From an archaeon (GTDB lineage: Archaea; Nanobdellota; Nanobdellia; Woesearchaeales; GW2011-AR15), in contig JBDRQT010000041.1 in NCBI GenBank assembly GCA_043826135.1, forward strand, positions 5,234-69,233: a stretch of 64,000 bases of DNA. Direction: 5' to 3'. Below, one piece after another: positions 48,494 through 57,972 of the stretch. A model generated the notes under the pieces. The model had not been told where the DNA came from. It saw nothing but the letters and a program-made list of their open reading frames with translations, and did no database searches. Positions within the stretch are counted from its first letter, which is position 1, and each line of letters opens with the position of its first letter. A program made the translations under genes and the position numbers.

Positions 48494-49087
48494 ATGAAGG
48501 AAAAGATCATAAAACAGCTGAAAGAGAGCGCTGAAGTGAAGGAAAAATGCGTGATTTGTGCAGATAGCATTGAATGCGCAGTCACCATGATTATAAAGTG
48601 TTTTAAGTCAGGAAACAAGCTTCTGCTTTGTGGAAACGGAGGAAGTGCGGCGGATAGTCAGCATATAGCTGCGGAATTTGTGAATAAGTTCAGGTTTGAC
48701 AGGGATCCGCTTCCAGCTATTGCTCTCACAACAGACTCATCTATCCTATCAAGTGTCGGAAATGACTCATCATTCAGCTATGTTTTTGAAAAACAGATAA
48801 GGGCTATTGGAAAAGAGGGAGACCTGCTCATAATCTCAACAACCAGCGACTTTGAAAAAAAGGAAAATTCTCATTCATCAAATCTGTATTTCGCGCTTCG
48901 TGCTGCAAAGGAGAGGGGTCTTGGAACAATCGGATTTGTAAGCCAGAAGAGCAAAGAAATTTTAAATCAGCTGGACGTTGCAATCCAAATCCCCTCAAAG
49001 GACACACCAAGGATCCAGGAAGCTCATCTGACGATTGCGCATATAATATGCGATCTTGTGGAGCAGCGCATGTTTCCAAATGAATAA
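48494..49087 (+). CDS. gmhA: Sedoheptulose-7-phosphate isomerase
   Basis: CGNGGSAADSQHIAAE, ALTTD, GND, TPRIQE.H; start at ATG 48494. Confidence 0.93.
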   Translation: MKEKIIKQLKESAEVKEKCVICADSIECAVTMIIKCFKSGNKLLLCGNGGSAADSQHIAAEFVNKFRFDRDPLPAIALTTDSSILSSVGNDSSFSYVFEKQIRAIGKEGDLLIISTTSDFEKKENSHSSNLYFALRAAKERGLGTIGFVSQKSKEILNQLDVAIQIPSKDTPRIQEAHLTIAHIICDLVEQRMFPNE

Positions 49088-49604
49088 AGCAGTGTTCTTA
49101 GATAGGGACGGGGTCATTAATATTGACAAGGATTATGTCTATAAGATCAAAGATTTAAGGCTCATACCTGGTGCAGGCAACGCAATAAAAAAACTTCAGG
49201 ACAGAGGTTATATCCTCATAATCATCACAAACCAATCAGGAATTGGTCGTGGTTATTATTCCGAGTCACAATATCTATTTTTAAAGGATAGTTTGCACAA
49301 AAGACTTGCAAGATACGGGGTGAAAATTTCCGCAGAATACTATTGCCCACATCTTCCTGAAAAAAATTGTAGATGCAGAAAACCAGGAACATTAAATATT
49401 GAAAAAGCAATTGAGAAGTTTGATATTGATGTAAAAAAATCATATTTCATAGGTGATAAAACCTCAGACATCTTAGCTGGTAAGAATTCAGGGCTAAAGA
49501 CTATTCTAGTAAAGACCGGCAAAGCTGGGAAGGATTCCCTGCATGAAGTTCAGCCGGATTTTACCTGTGACAGTATAAAGGATGTTTTAGGTGTAATAAG
49601 CTAA
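49080..49604 (+). CDS. gmhB: Heptose-1,7-bisphosphate phosphatase (HAD)
   Basis: FLDRDGVIN, TNQSGIGRG, CPH..C.CRKP, IGD..SD. Confidence 0.93.
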   Translation: MNKAVFLDRDGVINIDKDYVYKIKDLRLIPGAGNAIKKLQDRGYILIIITNQSGIGRGYYSESQYLFLKDSLHKRLARYGVKISAEYYCPHLPEKNCRCRKPGTLNIEKAIEKFDIDVKKSYFIGDKTSDILAGKNSGLKTILVKTGKAGKDSLHEVQPDFTCDSIKDVLGVIS

Positions 49605-49606
49605 AA

Positions 49607-49984
49607 ATGTTAAAAAAAATATCATTAATTGCAACAATTGCAATGGTTACTTGGACAATATTTTTATTTACTTCAGATGGCAGAGACTGGTTTGTGTATG
49701 ATTGGATATTTAATATGTGGAAAGGATTTGATGTAGTACTTTCAATTTTTCTTGCTTTTTTGACCTACGGACTATTTGAAAAGAGAAAATATGTGAAATT
49801 TCTTGCTCCGGTAATTTTCGGGATGGTCATAACAGACTGGATATTCAACATACAGCTCTGGATCTATGCTGGTTATAATCTTCTTGAGCCAAGATTCATT
49901 TTTTCGTTCATAGGTGCTGCAATTGTAATCTACTTTTTTTACTGGTTTACAAAAAAATGTGTAAAGGACACATCAAAGATATAG
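49607..49984 (+). CDS. Small multi-TM membrane protein
   Basis: Four hydrophobic segments; 2 nt downstream of gmhB. Confidence 0.65.
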   Translation: MLKKISLIATIAMVTWTIFLFTSDGRDWFVYDWIFNMWKGFDVVLSIFLAFLTYGLFEKRKYVKFLAPVIFGMVITDWIFNIQLWIYAGYNLLEPRFIFSFIGAAIVIYFFYWFTKKCVKDTSKI

Positions 49985-49986
49985 AA

Positions 49987-50883
49987 TTATTTTTTTGCCC
50001 ATATCTCTACCTGATCTCCAATTCTAAGAAGATTCATTAAAAATGCAAATGGCATCAGCATCAATTTGACAGCTCCTGAATCAAGAAACCAGGCATCCTT
50101 TCCGTTTGCCTTAAGATAATACTTCAGGCTAGAACTAAACTGATAAGGCATTGAATTGTACCTTATCCTGGTGATTTTGAATCCTGCTTCCTCAAGCATC
50201 TTCTTTAGGATTTTTGCTCCAAATAATGCTTTATGCCTTGGAGCATCTACCTGTGCCCAGTATTTTCCAAAAATCTTGAAAGCAATGCTGTCTGTATTTG
50301 GAGCAGCTATAATGAAGGTGCCGCCATTTTTTAGGTATGTTCTCAGCTTCTTGATATCGCTAAATGGTGTTTTGGAATGCTCTATCACATGATTCATTGT
50401 GATTATATCAAAAAATCCTTCTTTGAATTTTGATTTCTGCGTCTCAACATTCTGTATGTTATAACTCTTGATTGCTTGTTTTGGAATAGTGCCAGGTTCA
50501 ATTCCATAAACCTCAAGACCAAGTTTCTTCATCTTTGCTAGAAACATCCCACTCCCACATCCAACATCCAGGAACTTATTACCTTTCCGAATGACTGTTC
50601 CTCTGGTAAAGGGTCTTAGAAAAAACAAAGCAAGCGACAAGAGACTGGGCTCTGAATAAAATAAGTTATAGAAGAATAATCCTCTTTTCGAGACTTTATT
50701 GCTTTGAGTGTAGGAATAGTATTCCTTGTTTGGATATTCTTCAACTTTCTTTTTTATATCTAAGGACAATGTTCCACATTCTTTGCATTCATAAAAAGAG
50801 AATCTGCCTTTGACACCATACCTATAATCCTCAGAATAAAAAGCAAACCTAGTATTTCCGCTGCACACATTGCAATTCATCAA
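49987..50883 (-). CDS. Class I SAM methyltransferase with N-terminal Zn ribbon
   Basis: CxxC...CxxC, LDVGCGSG, GIEP, HVIEH, PN, PRH. Confidence 0.9.
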   Translation of the reverse strand: MMNCNVCSGNTRFAFYSEDYRYGVKGRFSFYECKECGTLSLDIKKKVEEYPNKEYYSYTQSNKVSKRGLFFYNLFYSEPSLLSLALFFLRPFTRGTVIRKGNKFLDVGCGSGMFLAKMKKLGLEVYGIEPGTIPKQAIKSYNIQNVETQKSKFKEGFFDIITMNHVIEHSKTPFSDIKKLRTYLKNGGTFIIAAPNTDSIAFKIFGKYWAQVDAPRHKALFGAKILKKMLEEAGFKITRIRYNSMPYQFSSSLKYYLKANGKDAWFLDSGAVKLMLMPFAFLMNLLRIGDQVEIWAKK

Positions 50884-50933
50884 AACTATACTTTATGGGA
50901 AACTTTATAAGGATTGTTTTTTATATTACCCTT

Positions 50934-51971
50934 ATGAAAATCTTGATGATTGGATTATATAACCTCAATTATTATCCTCGTGGGAAGGTCATCTACATGG
51001 GGCTTTTAAAATCAAACATTGAGACAGAAGTATTTGCACCGACAAAATTCAAGATATTTTCGCTTGTAAAAAGGATTCTCAAAAAAGATTATGACATATT
51101 GATAGTCACTGGAAAACCTGCCTTCTGGACCTCAAAATTATTGCAATTTCTGCACAGAAAAAAAATCATCTTTGATGTTTTCATATCTGACTATGACAAC
51201 CTTGTGATAGATAGGAAGACTGTCAAAAAAGGCTCTTTGTTTGCAAAATTGCTTTGGCTGTCTGACAAATATTCTTGTAAACTATCTGATGTTGTCATCC
51301 ATGACACAAAAGAGCATATCGCGTATTTTGTTAAAGAGTTCTGCCTGAAAAAATCACTTTTCAATGAAGTTTTTGTCGGTTCTGACGATTCGATGTTCTA
51401 TCCTATAGAAAAACCACAAACAAAGGAATTTATCGTAAGTTTCTACGGGACGTTCATTCCTGTTCATGGTGTTGAATACATACTTGGTGCTGCAAAATTG
51501 TTGGAACATGAAAATATAGTGTTCGAGCTGACAGGAAAAGGCCAGACTTATGAAGATATGATAAAATTGAAAGAAAAACTCAGGCTAAAGAATGCCAACT
51601 TTCTTGGCCCTGTACCTATAGAGAAGCTTCCTGAAAGGATAGCTAGAGGAGATGTATGCCTTGGCATCTTTGGAAACACACCAAGAGCGCTTAGAGTCAT
51701 TCCTACAAAGGCGTTTGATATAATTGCCATGAAAAAACCTCTAGTCAGTGCTGATTCTCCTACTATGAGACGTGTTTTTTCACATAAGAAGAATGTTTAT
51801 CTGTGCAAGGTTGCTGATGCAAAGTCGCTTGCTGGTGCTATAATTGCATTGAAAAACAAGAAACTAAGAGATAAAATAGCTGAAGGTGGGTATAAATTAT
51901 ACAGAGAATGCGCCTCGCCTGAGATCATAGGCAGGCAAGTCCTGAAAATCACCAAAAGATTAATTAATTAA
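50934..51971 (+). CDS. Glycosyltransferase family 4-like
   Basis: YPR, FYGTFIPVHG, LGIFG, VIPTK; start at ATG 50934. Confidence 0.88.
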   Translation: MKILMIGLYNLNYYPRGKVIYMGLLKSNIETEVFAPTKFKIFSLVKRILKKDYDILIVTGKPAFWTSKLLQFLHRKKIIFDVFISDYDNLVIDRKTVKKGSLFAKLLWLSDKYSCKLSDVVIHDTKEHIAYFVKEFCLKKSLFNEVFVGSDDSMFYPIEKPQTKEFIVSFYGTFIPVHGVEYILGAAKLLEHENIVFELTGKGQTYEDMIKLKEKLRLKNANFLGPVPIEKLPERIARGDVCLGIFGNTPRALRVIPTKAFDIIAMKKPLVSADSPTMRRVFSHKKNVYLCKVADAKSLAGAIIALKNKKLRDKIAEGGYKLYRECASPEIIGRQVLKITKRLIN

Positions 51972-51992
51972 CATCCTTTGCCCTAGGATAAG

Positions 51993-52439
51993 ATGATAGA
52001 GGGAGTATTTATAAAGAAAATTGTGAAGAATTCTGATGAGCGAGGCTTCTTTTCTGAAGTTTTAAAAGATGATGATTCTTTCTTCAAGGAAATCAGGCAG
52101 ACCTCTTATTCTGAGACAAAGCCAGGCATAATAAAAGCATTCCACTATCATAAGTTGCAGGATGACTATTTTTTTGTTCCAAGGGGAAATATTGTAGTTG
52201 TATTGTATGATCTTAGGGAAGAATCAATAACATACCAAAATACAGAGGTCATCAGAACAGGAGAAGATAATCCATTGCTCATATATATCCCAAAAGGTGT
52301 CGCGCATGGATACAAGGTTCTAGGGAATAGTCAAGCTGGCGTATTCTATCATATGACAAAGAGCTACAATCCTGATGATGAGCACAGAATTCCATATGAT
52401 GATAAAGAGATAGGATTTGACTGGGAGACTGCAAAATGA
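51993..52439 (+). CDS. rmlC: RmlC-like NDP-4-keto-6-deoxyhexose 3,5-epimerase
   Basis: DERGFFSE, KAFHYH..Q.D, LYDLR..S.T, IPKGVAHGY. Confidence 0.85.
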   Translation: MIEGVFIKKIVKNSDERGFFSEVLKDDDSFFKEIRQTSYSETKPGIIKAFHYHKLQDDYFFVPRGNIVVVLYDLREESITYQNTEVIRTGEDNPLLIYIPKGVAHGYKVLGNSQAGVFYHMTKSYNPDDEHRIPYDDKEIGFDWETAK

Positions 52440-53665
52440 ATTTCTCATGGAGAAAGAACTGCAGGATATGCAATAATCCTGATCTGATAAAGTATTTCGA
52501 TTTTGGCGATATGCCACTTGCAAATGCATTCAAAAAACCTGATCAAAAAGAGGAGCTATTTTTCCCGCAACAGATGCTTTTCTGTCCAAAGTGTGCAAAC
52601 AGCCAACTAAGTGTAGTAGTAGATCCAAAAATCATGTTTTCAAACTATTTGTATTTTTCTTCTGTCTCAAAGACTTTCCAAAAACATTGTGAGACCATGG
52701 CTAATCATTTTACTAATCTATTTACGGAAAAAATAAAATGCCTGGACATCGCGAGCAATGACGGTTGCCTGCTAAAAGAATTCCAGAAGCTTGGAAATGA
52801 GGTGATTGGAGTTGAACCAGCAAAAAACATAAGCAACCAGGCTAACTCAAACAATATCCCAACAATCTGCGAATTTTGGGGAAAATCCGCAGCACTGAAG
52901 GTTAATAGAAAAGTAGGGAATGTTGATTTGGTGACTGCAACAAATGTATTTGCCCATGTAGACGAAATTCATGATTTTGTAAAAAATGTGTATGATGTCC
53001 TTGATGATAATGGCCTATTCATGATTGAGTTCCCTTATATGAAGAATCTGGTGGAAGACTGTGAATTCGATACTATCTACCATGAACATCTTTCATATTT
53101 CCTTGCAAAACCAATAAAGATCTTGCTGGAGATGCATCGGATGAAAATTGTTGATTTATCCCTTCAGAAGATACACGGTGGATCTCTAAGGGTATTAGCT
53201 GCAAAGGATACTAACAAGACTCATCAGGTAGACAATAGTGTAGAAAAATTCATTCATGATGAAGAATCGCTTGGGCTTCATAATATTGAGGCATATGAAA
53301 AGCTTGAAAAATCTGCTAAAAAGATAAAAGAGGACTTCATATCTGCGATAAATGAAAAGATAAACAAAGGCAAAAAAATAATTGGCTACGGCGCTTCAGC
53401 CAAAGGCAATGTCTTTCTAAATTACTGCAAGATTGATTCTGATAAGATTAGTTTCATAGTAGATGATACAAAGGCAAAGCAACGCCTAATTTATGCAGGA
53501 ACAAAGATACCAATAGTTGATTTCAGCAATATTGAGAAAGAAAGACCGGAGTATATTGTAATATTGCCGTGGAACTTCGCAAAAGAGATAATGGATAAGA
53601 CAAAAGATTTCAAACAAAAAGGTGGAAAATATATTACTGCGATTCCGGAGCTGAAGATAATATGA
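52436..53665 (+). CDS. NDP-hexose C-methyltransferase (TylCIII/NovU-like)
   Basis: CRIC...MPLAN...C..C..QL, DIASNDG, FDTIYHEH.SY, HGGSLR, YGA.AKG, LPWNF. Confidence 0.9.
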   Translation: MNFSWRKNCRICNNPDLIKYFDFGDMPLANAFKKPDQKEELFFPQQMLFCPKCANSQLSVVVDPKIMFSNYLYFSSVSKTFQKHCETMANHFTNLFTEKIKCLDIASNDGCLLKEFQKLGNEVIGVEPAKNISNQANSNNIPTICEFWGKSAALKVNRKVGNVDLVTATNVFAHVDEIHDFVKNVYDVLDDNGLFMIEFPYMKNLVEDCEFDTIYHEHLSYFLAKPIKILLEMHRMKIVDLSLQKIHGGSLRVLAAKDTNKTHQVDNSVEKFIHDEESLGLHNIEAYEKLEKSAKKIKEDFISAINEKINKGKKIIGYGASAKGNVFLNYCKIDSDKISFIVDDTKAKQRLIYAGTKIPIVDFSNIEKERPEYIVILPWNFAKEIMDKTKDFKQKGGKYITAIPELKII

Positions 53666-54612
53666 GAATTCTTGTTACTGGTGGATGCGGATTCATGGGA
53701 AGCGATTTTATCAGATACATGGCACGAAACCATAACATTTTGAATTATGACAAACTGACATATGCTGGAAATCAAGACAATCTCAAAACTGTAAAAGACA
53801 ATTATCAGTTTGTACAAGGAGATATACTTGACTATGACCTTCTAATAAAAACTGTTGAAGAATTCAAACCTGAGCTAATAGTACATTTTGCAGCAGAGAC
53901 CCATGTGGATAGGAGCATTCATGGACCTCAAGAATTTATAAAAACAAATGTGCTTGGAACACAGGTTTTGCTTGAAATCGTCAAAAAATATGATCTCAGA
54001 CTTCATCATATCTCAACAGATGAAGTCTTTGGCGAACTGCAAATAAATGATCCTGCATTTGATGAACATTCTCCATATAATCCAAGATCTCCCTATTCAG
54101 CATCAAAGGCTGCATCTGATCATCTTGTCAGAAGCTATATCCATACATATGGAATAAAAGCGACTATTTCAAACAGCTCAAACAACTATGGCCCATATCA
54201 GTATCCTGAGAAAGTCATACCTTTATTCATAACAAATTTAATTGAAGGTAAAAAATTGCCATTATATGGGACTGGAAAAAACATTAGAAATTGGATTTAT
54301 GTGAGAGATCATAGCATCGCTGTTGAAACAATCATATCAAAAGGAAAATTAGGTGAGACTTACTGCATCGGCGGTCCTGATGAGCTATCAAATATTGAAC
54401 TATCAAAAAAGATTCTTAGGGAGATGGATGCAGAAGAGGATATGATAAAATTTGTAGAAGACAGGAAAGGACATGATTTTAGGTATAGCCTTTCATCAAA
54501 AAAACTTGAGAAACTCGGATGGAAATCATCTGTCAAATTCGAAGATGGATTAAAGAAAACTGTGTCATGGTATAAAAAAAATTCTTGGTGGTGGAGGAAA
54601 TTAAAAAAATAA
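53662..54612 (+). CDS. rmlB: dTDP-glucose 4,6-dehydratase
   Basis: DKLTYAG, FAAETHVDRSI, STDEVFG, SPYSASKA, NNYGPYQYPEK, DRKGHD.RY. Confidence 0.95.
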   Translation: MRILVTGGCGFMGSDFIRYMARNHNILNYDKLTYAGNQDNLKTVKDNYQFVQGDILDYDLLIKTVEEFKPELIVHFAAETHVDRSIHGPQEFIKTNVLGTQVLLEIVKKYDLRLHHISTDEVFGELQINDPAFDEHSPYNPRSPYSASKAASDHLVRSYIHTYGIKATISNSSNNYGPYQYPEKVIPLFITNLIEGKKLPLYGTGKNIRNWIYVRDHSIAVETIISKGKLGETYCIGGPDELSNIELSKKILREMDAEEDMIKFVEDRKGHDFRYSLSSKKLEKLGWKSSVKFEDGLKKTVSWYKKNSWWWRKLKK

Positions 54613-55451
54613 TACTGCTTGGTGCAGGAGGTTTTTTAGGCAGCAAGCTGTTTTCTGTATTGAAGAAAGAATTTGATGTTGTTCCGTATTATTTCAAAAA
54701 ATCTCCTTCTTTGGATGTCACAAATCGAGATGATGTCTTTGAAAAATTAAGAGATGCAGATATTGTGATAAATGCTTCCGGACTCACAAATGTTGACCTC
54801 TGCGAGACAGATAAAAAACTGGCTTATTCTGTCAATGTTGAAGGAACAAGAAATATTGCTACAGCCTGCAAAAAAAACAGAATTAAACTATTGCACTATT
54901 CAACTGATGCTGTCTTTAAAGGTGATAAAGGTGATTATGTTGAGACTGATGAAACTGGCCCGGTAAATTACTATGCAAAGACAAAACTACTGGCAGAAGA
55001 GATAATACAAAAGCTAGATGACTATATGATTATGAGAGTCGCAATCCTTTATGGCTACAATGGCAATGGCACTGAGCGAAGCTTTGTCATATGGGTCATA
55101 AATTCATTGAAACAAGGAAAAGCAATAAGAGTTGTAAGTGACCAGATTGGAACTCCTACACTTATTGATGATATTGCCGAAGCAACAGGAAAATTAATCG
55201 AGAAAAATACTAAGGGAATATACCATGTCTCTGGTTCACAAAAACTAAGCAGGCTGGATATGGCAAAAATAATTGCTAATGAATTTGGATTTGACAAAAA
55301 ACTCATTACACCTATAAAGAACGATGACCTACAGCTTGCAGCTCCAAGACCGCTTGATACAAGCCTGAATATCCAGAAACTTCTTAAATCAGGAATAACT
55401 ATGCATACATTTGAAGAAGGAATTAAGATTATGAGAGGGATGATGAAATGA
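54585..55451 (+). CDS. rmlD: dTDP-4-dehydrorhamnose reductase
   Basis: GAGGFLG, T.VD.CE, STDAVF.G, P.NYY..TK, DQ.G.PT, A.RP. Confidence 0.9.
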   Translation: MVVEEIKKIILLGAGGFLGSKLFSVLKKEFDVVPYYFKKSPSLDVTNRDDVFEKLRDADIVINASGLTNVDLCETDKKLAYSVNVEGTRNIATACKKNRIKLLHYSTDAVFKGDKGDYVETDETGPVNYYAKTKLLAEEIIQKLDDYMIMRVAILYGYNGNGTERSFVIWVINSLKQGKAIRVVSDQIGTPTLIDDIAEATGKLIEKNTKGIYHVSGSQKLSRLDMAKIIANEFGFDKKLITPIKNDDLQLAAPRPLDTSLNIQKLLKSGITMHTFEEGIKIMRGMMK

Positions 55452-56155
55452 AGGGAGTGATACTTGCTGGAGGAAATGGCACAAGGCTTTTGCCTCTTAC
55501 AAAAGTGACCAATAAGCATCTTTTGCCGATAGGATCAAAGCCCATGGTATATTATCCGATTGAAAAACTTGTGAAGGCTGGTATCAAAGACATCCTTATT
55601 GTGTCAGGAAAAGGACATGCAGGTCATTTCCTTGAGCTTCTTGGTTCTGGAAAAGAGTTTGGAGTAAAATTTAGCTATGCCATACAGGAAGAAGCAGGTG
55701 GGATAGCACAGGCACTAGGATTGGCTGAAGATTTTGCAGATAATGATTCTATGCTTGTGCTTTTAGGAGATAACATCTTTGAGGACGAGATTGATGTTTC
55801 AGGCTATAGGGAAGGTGCAAGGATATTTCTGAAAGAAGTGAATGATGCTAGCAGATTCGGTGTAGCTGAGGTGAAAAATAACAAAGTGATTAGTATAGAA
55901 GAAAAACCTAAAGCTCCAAAATCAAAATTCGCAGTTACAGGTGCATATATCTTTGACAACCTGGTATTTGAAATAATAAAGACATTAAAGCCATCCTGGA
56001 GAAACGAGCTTGAGCTGACTGACGTCAACAACCACTATATCAAAGCCGGCAAGATGGATTCAAGGATTCTGAAAGGATACTGGACAGATACAGGCACCTT
56101 TGAGAGCCTGTATAGGGCGAATGTTCTGGTGCATGATAAGTCAAAAAAAGATTAA
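55448..56155 (+). CDS. rmlA: Glucose-1-phosphate thymidylyltransferase (short form)
   Basis: ILAGGNGTRL.PLT...NKHLLP, GIAQA, LGDN, EEKP, R.ELELTD, W.D.GT. Confidence 0.92.
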   Translation: MKGVILAGGNGTRLLPLTKVTNKHLLPIGSKPMVYYPIEKLVKAGIKDILIVSGKGHAGHFLELLGSGKEFGVKFSYAIQEEAGGIAQALGLAEDFADNDSMLVLLGDNIFEDEIDVSGYREGARIFLKEVNDASRFGVAEVKNNKVISIEEKPKAPKSKFAVTGAYIFDNLVFEIIKTLKPSWRNELELTDVNNHYIKAGKMDSRILKGYWTDTGTFESLYRANVLVHDKSKKD

Positions 56156-56190
56156 ATACCTTTAAATATCAAAACCCATTGTTTTTTCTT

Positions 56191-56967
56191 ATGAAAGTCG
56201 TGATTCTATGTGGTGGGCAGGGCACAAGGCTTAGGGAAGAGACAGAATATAAGCCAAAGCCGATGGTAACTATCGGTGAGATGCCCATTCTTTGGCACAT
56301 CATGAAGATATATTCTCATTATGGATTCAATGAATTTGTTCTTTGCTTAGGATACAAAGGAGACATAATTAAAAGATTTTTTCTGGACTATGAATGGATG
56401 GCAAATGACTTCACTATCAACCTAAAGAACAGGATGGAATGGATAACACATTTCAGGAACGACCTTGAGGATTGGAAGATAACTCTTGCAGAGACAGGCC
56501 AGGATAGCCTGACAGCAAAAAGGATAAAATTAGCTGAAAGATATATAGATGGAGACACATTCATGATGACTTATGGAGATGGGGTTGCTAGTATGGATAT
56601 TCAAAAACTACTTGAGTTTCATAGGAAGATGAAAAAGACTGCAACAATAACAGGGATATCTCCAAGCTCAAGATTTGGAGCACTAGATGTGAAAGATGGA
56701 CTTGTCAAGGATTTTAGGGAAAAACCACTCCTAAAAGACGTCGTTAATGGTGGATTCATGGTCCTCAACAAAAAAGTGCTAAAGATGATCGATGAAAAAG
56801 ATAATTATATGTTTGAGGATAAGACACTGCCTGGGCTTGCGCTCAAGGGAGAACTGGCCCTATACAAGCACGAAGGATTTTGGCAAAGCATGGATACATA
56901 CAGAGATTTCCAGCATCTGAATAAGATGTGGTCAGCAAATGAGCGACCATGGAAAATTTGGAAATGA
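56191..56967 (+). CDS. rfbF: Glucose-1-phosphate cytidylyltransferase
   Basis: ILCGG.GTRLREETE.KPKPMV.IG..PILWHIMK.Y, TYGDG, GFWQ.MDT.RD. Confidence 0.94.
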   Translation: MKVVILCGGQGTRLREETEYKPKPMVTIGEMPILWHIMKIYSHYGFNEFVLCLGYKGDIIKRFFLDYEWMANDFTINLKNRMEWITHFRNDLEDWKITLAETGQDSLTAKRIKLAERYIDGDTFMMTYGDGVASMDIQKLLEFHRKMKKTATITGISPSSRFGALDVKDGLVKDFREKPLLKDVVNGGFMVLNKKVLKMIDEKDNYMFEDKTLPGLALKGELALYKHEGFWQSMDTYRDFQHLNKMWSANERPWKIWK

Positions 56968-57004
56968 ATATTTATAAATATAATTTAATACCACAGATTT
57001 TGGG

Positions 57005-57970
57005 GTGATTAGCATCTGGAAAGGAAGGAATGTATTTGTAACAGGAGCATCTGGTTTGCTTGGAAGCAATCTCACAAAAACATTGATTGAAAAAGGTGCA
57101 AAGGTCACTGTACTTTTAAGGGATTATGTTCCGGAATCCGAACTGATTAAATCTGGAAATCTAAAAAATGTTAATATTGTCAGTGGGTCTCTGGAAGATT
57201 ATGAACTAATATTAAGGATACTAAATGAATACGAGATTGAGACGGTTTTTCACCTTGGAGCGCAGACTATAGTTCCGACTGCAAACAATAATCCGTTGTC
57301 GACTTTCAACTCCAACATCAAAGGGACATGGAATGTTCTTGAAGCTTGCAGGATTTATGGAAAGATTAAAGCTGTCATTGTTGCCTCTACTGACAAAGCA
57401 TATGGGACTCAGGAAGTTTTGCCTTATACTGAAGAGATGGAACTCAAAGGAATTTTTCCCTATGATGTCTCGAAAGTGTGTTCTGATTTGATAGCGCAAA
57501 GCTACTTTAAGACATTCAATTTGCCGATTGCTGTGACCAGGTGTGGTAATATTTACGGTCCGGGTGATCTTAATTTTTCTAGGATTATCCCTGCAGCAAT
57601 CAAAGCTGGGTTATTTGATGAGACTCTTGAGATAAGAAGCGATGGAAAATTTGTGAGGGATTACATATTCATGGACGATGTTGTCTCAGGAAACATAAAG
57701 ATTGCTGAGAATATTGATAAAAGCAGGGGAGAGGCACTCAATTTAAGTACAAACAATAGGCTTTCTGTCAGTGAGGCTGTTGATGAAGTGTCAAAAGCAA
57801 TGGGAAAGAAGATAAAATTAAAAGTTTTGAATCAGGCAAAAAACGAGATAAAAGACCAATATCTCTCAAGCGAAAAAGCAAGAAAGCTTCTTGGATGGGA
57901 AGCAAAACATTCGATTGGTGACGGATTAAAAGAGACAATAAATTGGTATAAAATTCACTTCAGAAGGTAA
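57005..57970 (+). CDS. CDP-glucose 4,6-dehydratase-like SDR
   Basis: W..RNVFVTGA.G.LG, HLGAQ, ASTDKAYG, PY..SK, RCGNIYGPGD; lies between rfbF and rfbH. Confidence 0.8.
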   Translation: MISIWKGRNVFVTGASGLLGSNLTKTLIEKGAKVTVLLRDYVPESELIKSGNLKNVNIVSGSLEDYELILRILNEYEIETVFHLGAQTIVPTANNNPLSTFNSNIKGTWNVLEACRIYGKIKAVIVASTDKAYGTQEVLPYTEEMELKGIFPYDVSKVCSDLIAQSYFKTFNLPIAVTRCGNIYGPGDLNFSRIIPAAIKAGLFDETLEIRSDGKFVRDYIFMDDVVSGNIKIAENIDKSRGEALNLSTNNRLSVSEAVDEVSKAMGKKIKLKVLNQAKNEIKDQYLSSEKARKLLGWEAKHSIGDGLKETINWYKIHFRR

Positions 57971-57972
57971 AA

